Shown in pieces: positions 62,176 through 64,000 of a stretch of DNA of 64,000 nt. How positions within the stretch are numbered: position 1 is the stretch's first letter; each line of letters begins with the position of its first letter. Source of the DNA: Phoronis australis. Taxonomy: Eukaryota > Animalia > Phoronida. The translations under genes and the position numbers were made by a program. Location of the stretch: the NCBI GenBank assembly GCA_002633005.1, contig NMRA01000006.1, positions 80,485-144,484 on the forward strand. The letters run 5' to 3'. The notes below the pieces were generated by a model. The model did not search any database and was not told where the DNA came from. It saw nothing but the letters and a program-made list of their open reading frames with translations.

Positions 62176-62489
62176 TTATTCTCTGTGGCGATCGTGAACG
62201 CAAAAAAGCGGTCGTGAACGCACATTTTTTTCTCTGAATAGGCCTGAATAGTCGTTCAAGTTACGGTATTATGTCAATAATTTTAGAATAAAACGGAAAC
62301 TGAATTAGCTGATGGGTTGGTTATTAATTACATTTCATCGTTTTTTTCATTATTCCTAAGTGAGATTTAGCCTAACAAACATAACTGAATGCGTTTGATT
62401 TTTTTCAGTTGAACTGTAGCAACACGACGAGTCCTTCAGGGTGTTAACGTCCACGTCTCCAAGAAAGAGTAGTACAACTGATGCATGTC

Positions 62490-62850
62490 ACAACAGAGTG
62501 TGTGTGTTGTGGAGCCTGGTTAAGGAACTAAGAAATCGACTTAGTATGACCACATGCCAATAAAACACAGTGACACTACAACAAAGCAAGACTTTTACCA
62601 GCCCTGTGATTGACACATTGCATGTGTCAAGAGTTTTTTTACCAATATAGTAAAACAGAGCATGAAGCATCGTGCTTAAGAACCAAGTAGATTCAGTGTC
62701 CTATCTGTGATCAACGTTTCACGGAACGAGTAAGCCTGATGCAACACTGCGTCACAGCACGAGGACACACCTTTTTGTGGTGAATGTGGCATGCCATGCA
62801 AACAGTGTGCCTCTTTCTACAGGCATAGCAAGCAGAAACGTCATGAATGA
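62490..62850 (+). pseudogene. Degenerate C2H2 zinc-finger array relic
   Basis: IQCPICDQRFTERVSLMQHC, then a frameshift to QHEDTPFCGECGMPCKQCASFYRHSKQKRHE*; an upstream CVCC..DHM.IKH finger has stops. Confidence 0.6.
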
Positions 62851-64000
62851 AATCATTAAGTCCAGCGGTAAAGGTTGTTAAGTCATTATAGTTTATTCAG
62901 ATTTACAGAGTTTATGGTTTGTAGTTGTCTGATGTGATAATATTTTGACGTTTTGTTTTGAACCTTTTTTCCTCAAGTTTCTTTCTATATTTGCGTTGTT
63001 TCAAAAGGATCTTTAACAGAACCAGTACATTTTTGTAGTGTTTAGGTAGATTTAAATGGCCATACTAAATGTCATTGGGCAATACTTACATACAATTTTT
63101 CTGACCAATTAGTATTTTAAAAGAAAATATATGTCTTTGATTATTGTAGAAATTGCTTTCATATAGTTGTTGATTTCGTGTGAGAGACTATTATACTATC
63201 AACCAGTGCTAAGTACATTGTCTATGATTCAGTGATGATTTAGTCTAATACATTCCAAAAGTAATTCGTTGGAAATGTTCAATGGATTTGTTATGTTGAT
63301 ATCCCTAAACCAATAAACTTATATATTTTTGTAAGACCAATTTTGAAGTACGTGTGATAAAAGATTAATATTATAATAGAAATGTTGTAATATTGTTGAT
63401 TTCCTGTGTAAATCACTACAGTGTGTAGTTGAAGTGACGTTAATGACATCGTATTGACTACGTTTTGAGAAAATCACAATATAGTATGTGCATTATAATT
63501 GTCTCAATCTTTCAATGTCACATTAAACTGGAGATCATGAACTAATGATGCAGGTGAACTTAAGACCAAGACTACAAAACAGAAGAGTCAAACACAACGC
63601 ATATTCAAACCACACGGGTGCCACAAGTCAATCTGTTCATCTCTGTATCGATGTTATCAGTAAAACATCAAGTAAAATCCCACCCACATCAGTTTACACA
63701 ACTTCTGGCCAGTTTTTAGATTCCGGGCGTTTATGAGTGGGAATTTTTGAACCATCTCGTCAAGTGTTGCCCCACTCCCCTCTCTCCCCATGGGCAAGCT
63801 CATCATCATTATTTGACTTCACTGGCTATTTGTTTTTTTTTCCTTTTGCTGTCACAATTTTACAAGCAGATTCCACACTCGCTTTCATCTCGGTGCTGCA
63901 ACAATTTGTTTACCCCTGGTTGACAAGCCACATCAAACAACTCCTGGGTGAGTCTTTAGTTTAGAAACCCTTGTTCTCAGTGGTTTCCTCTCAAAGTAGA

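Noticed and set aside
63870-63947. Plus-strand exon candidate as the missing ZMYND15-like 3' exon
   Set aside because: Splice signals look plausible but only the phase-1 frame is open among those checked (exon 6 ends in phase 0, which hits a stop), and the peptide lacks the expected FT/NPF motifs.

Overview
AT-rich animal (probably marine invertebrate) genomic DNA with spliceosomal introns and many DNA-transposon relics; it is not prokaryotic. Three protein-coding genes are supported. (1) A + strand ZMYND15/MSS51-like MYND-finger gene, assembled by eye from six phase-compatible exons (26457-35315); its expected last exon was not found in the window. (2) A - strand two-coding-exon gene of about 1569 aa (exon 45084-45033 plus a 4.66-kb exon 43251-38594) fusing a GlnD/GlnE/DUF294-like Pol-beta-superfamily nucleotidyltransferase (GSLARGDTTPFSDLE) to 22 ~44-aa TPR repeats. 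This is the most unusual item and a candidate animal sensor-enzyme immune receptor. (3) A - strand single-exon LRR-LRRCT-Ig-TM receptor (54761-52038). Genes 2 and 3 may be nested antisense in a very large intron of gene 1. Mobile DNA includes three TTAA-type Kolobok-like THAP elements (one young, one with two left ends, one with convergent THAP/KolX-like stubs), an ISL2EU-like THAP relic, hAT/P-like MITEs, a tandem Helitron/Helentron-like array with a palindromic minisatellite, a HERO-type RLE LINE relic, an L2/CR1 3' end and tRNA-derived SINEs. All family assignments come from motif recognition by eye; no searches were run.
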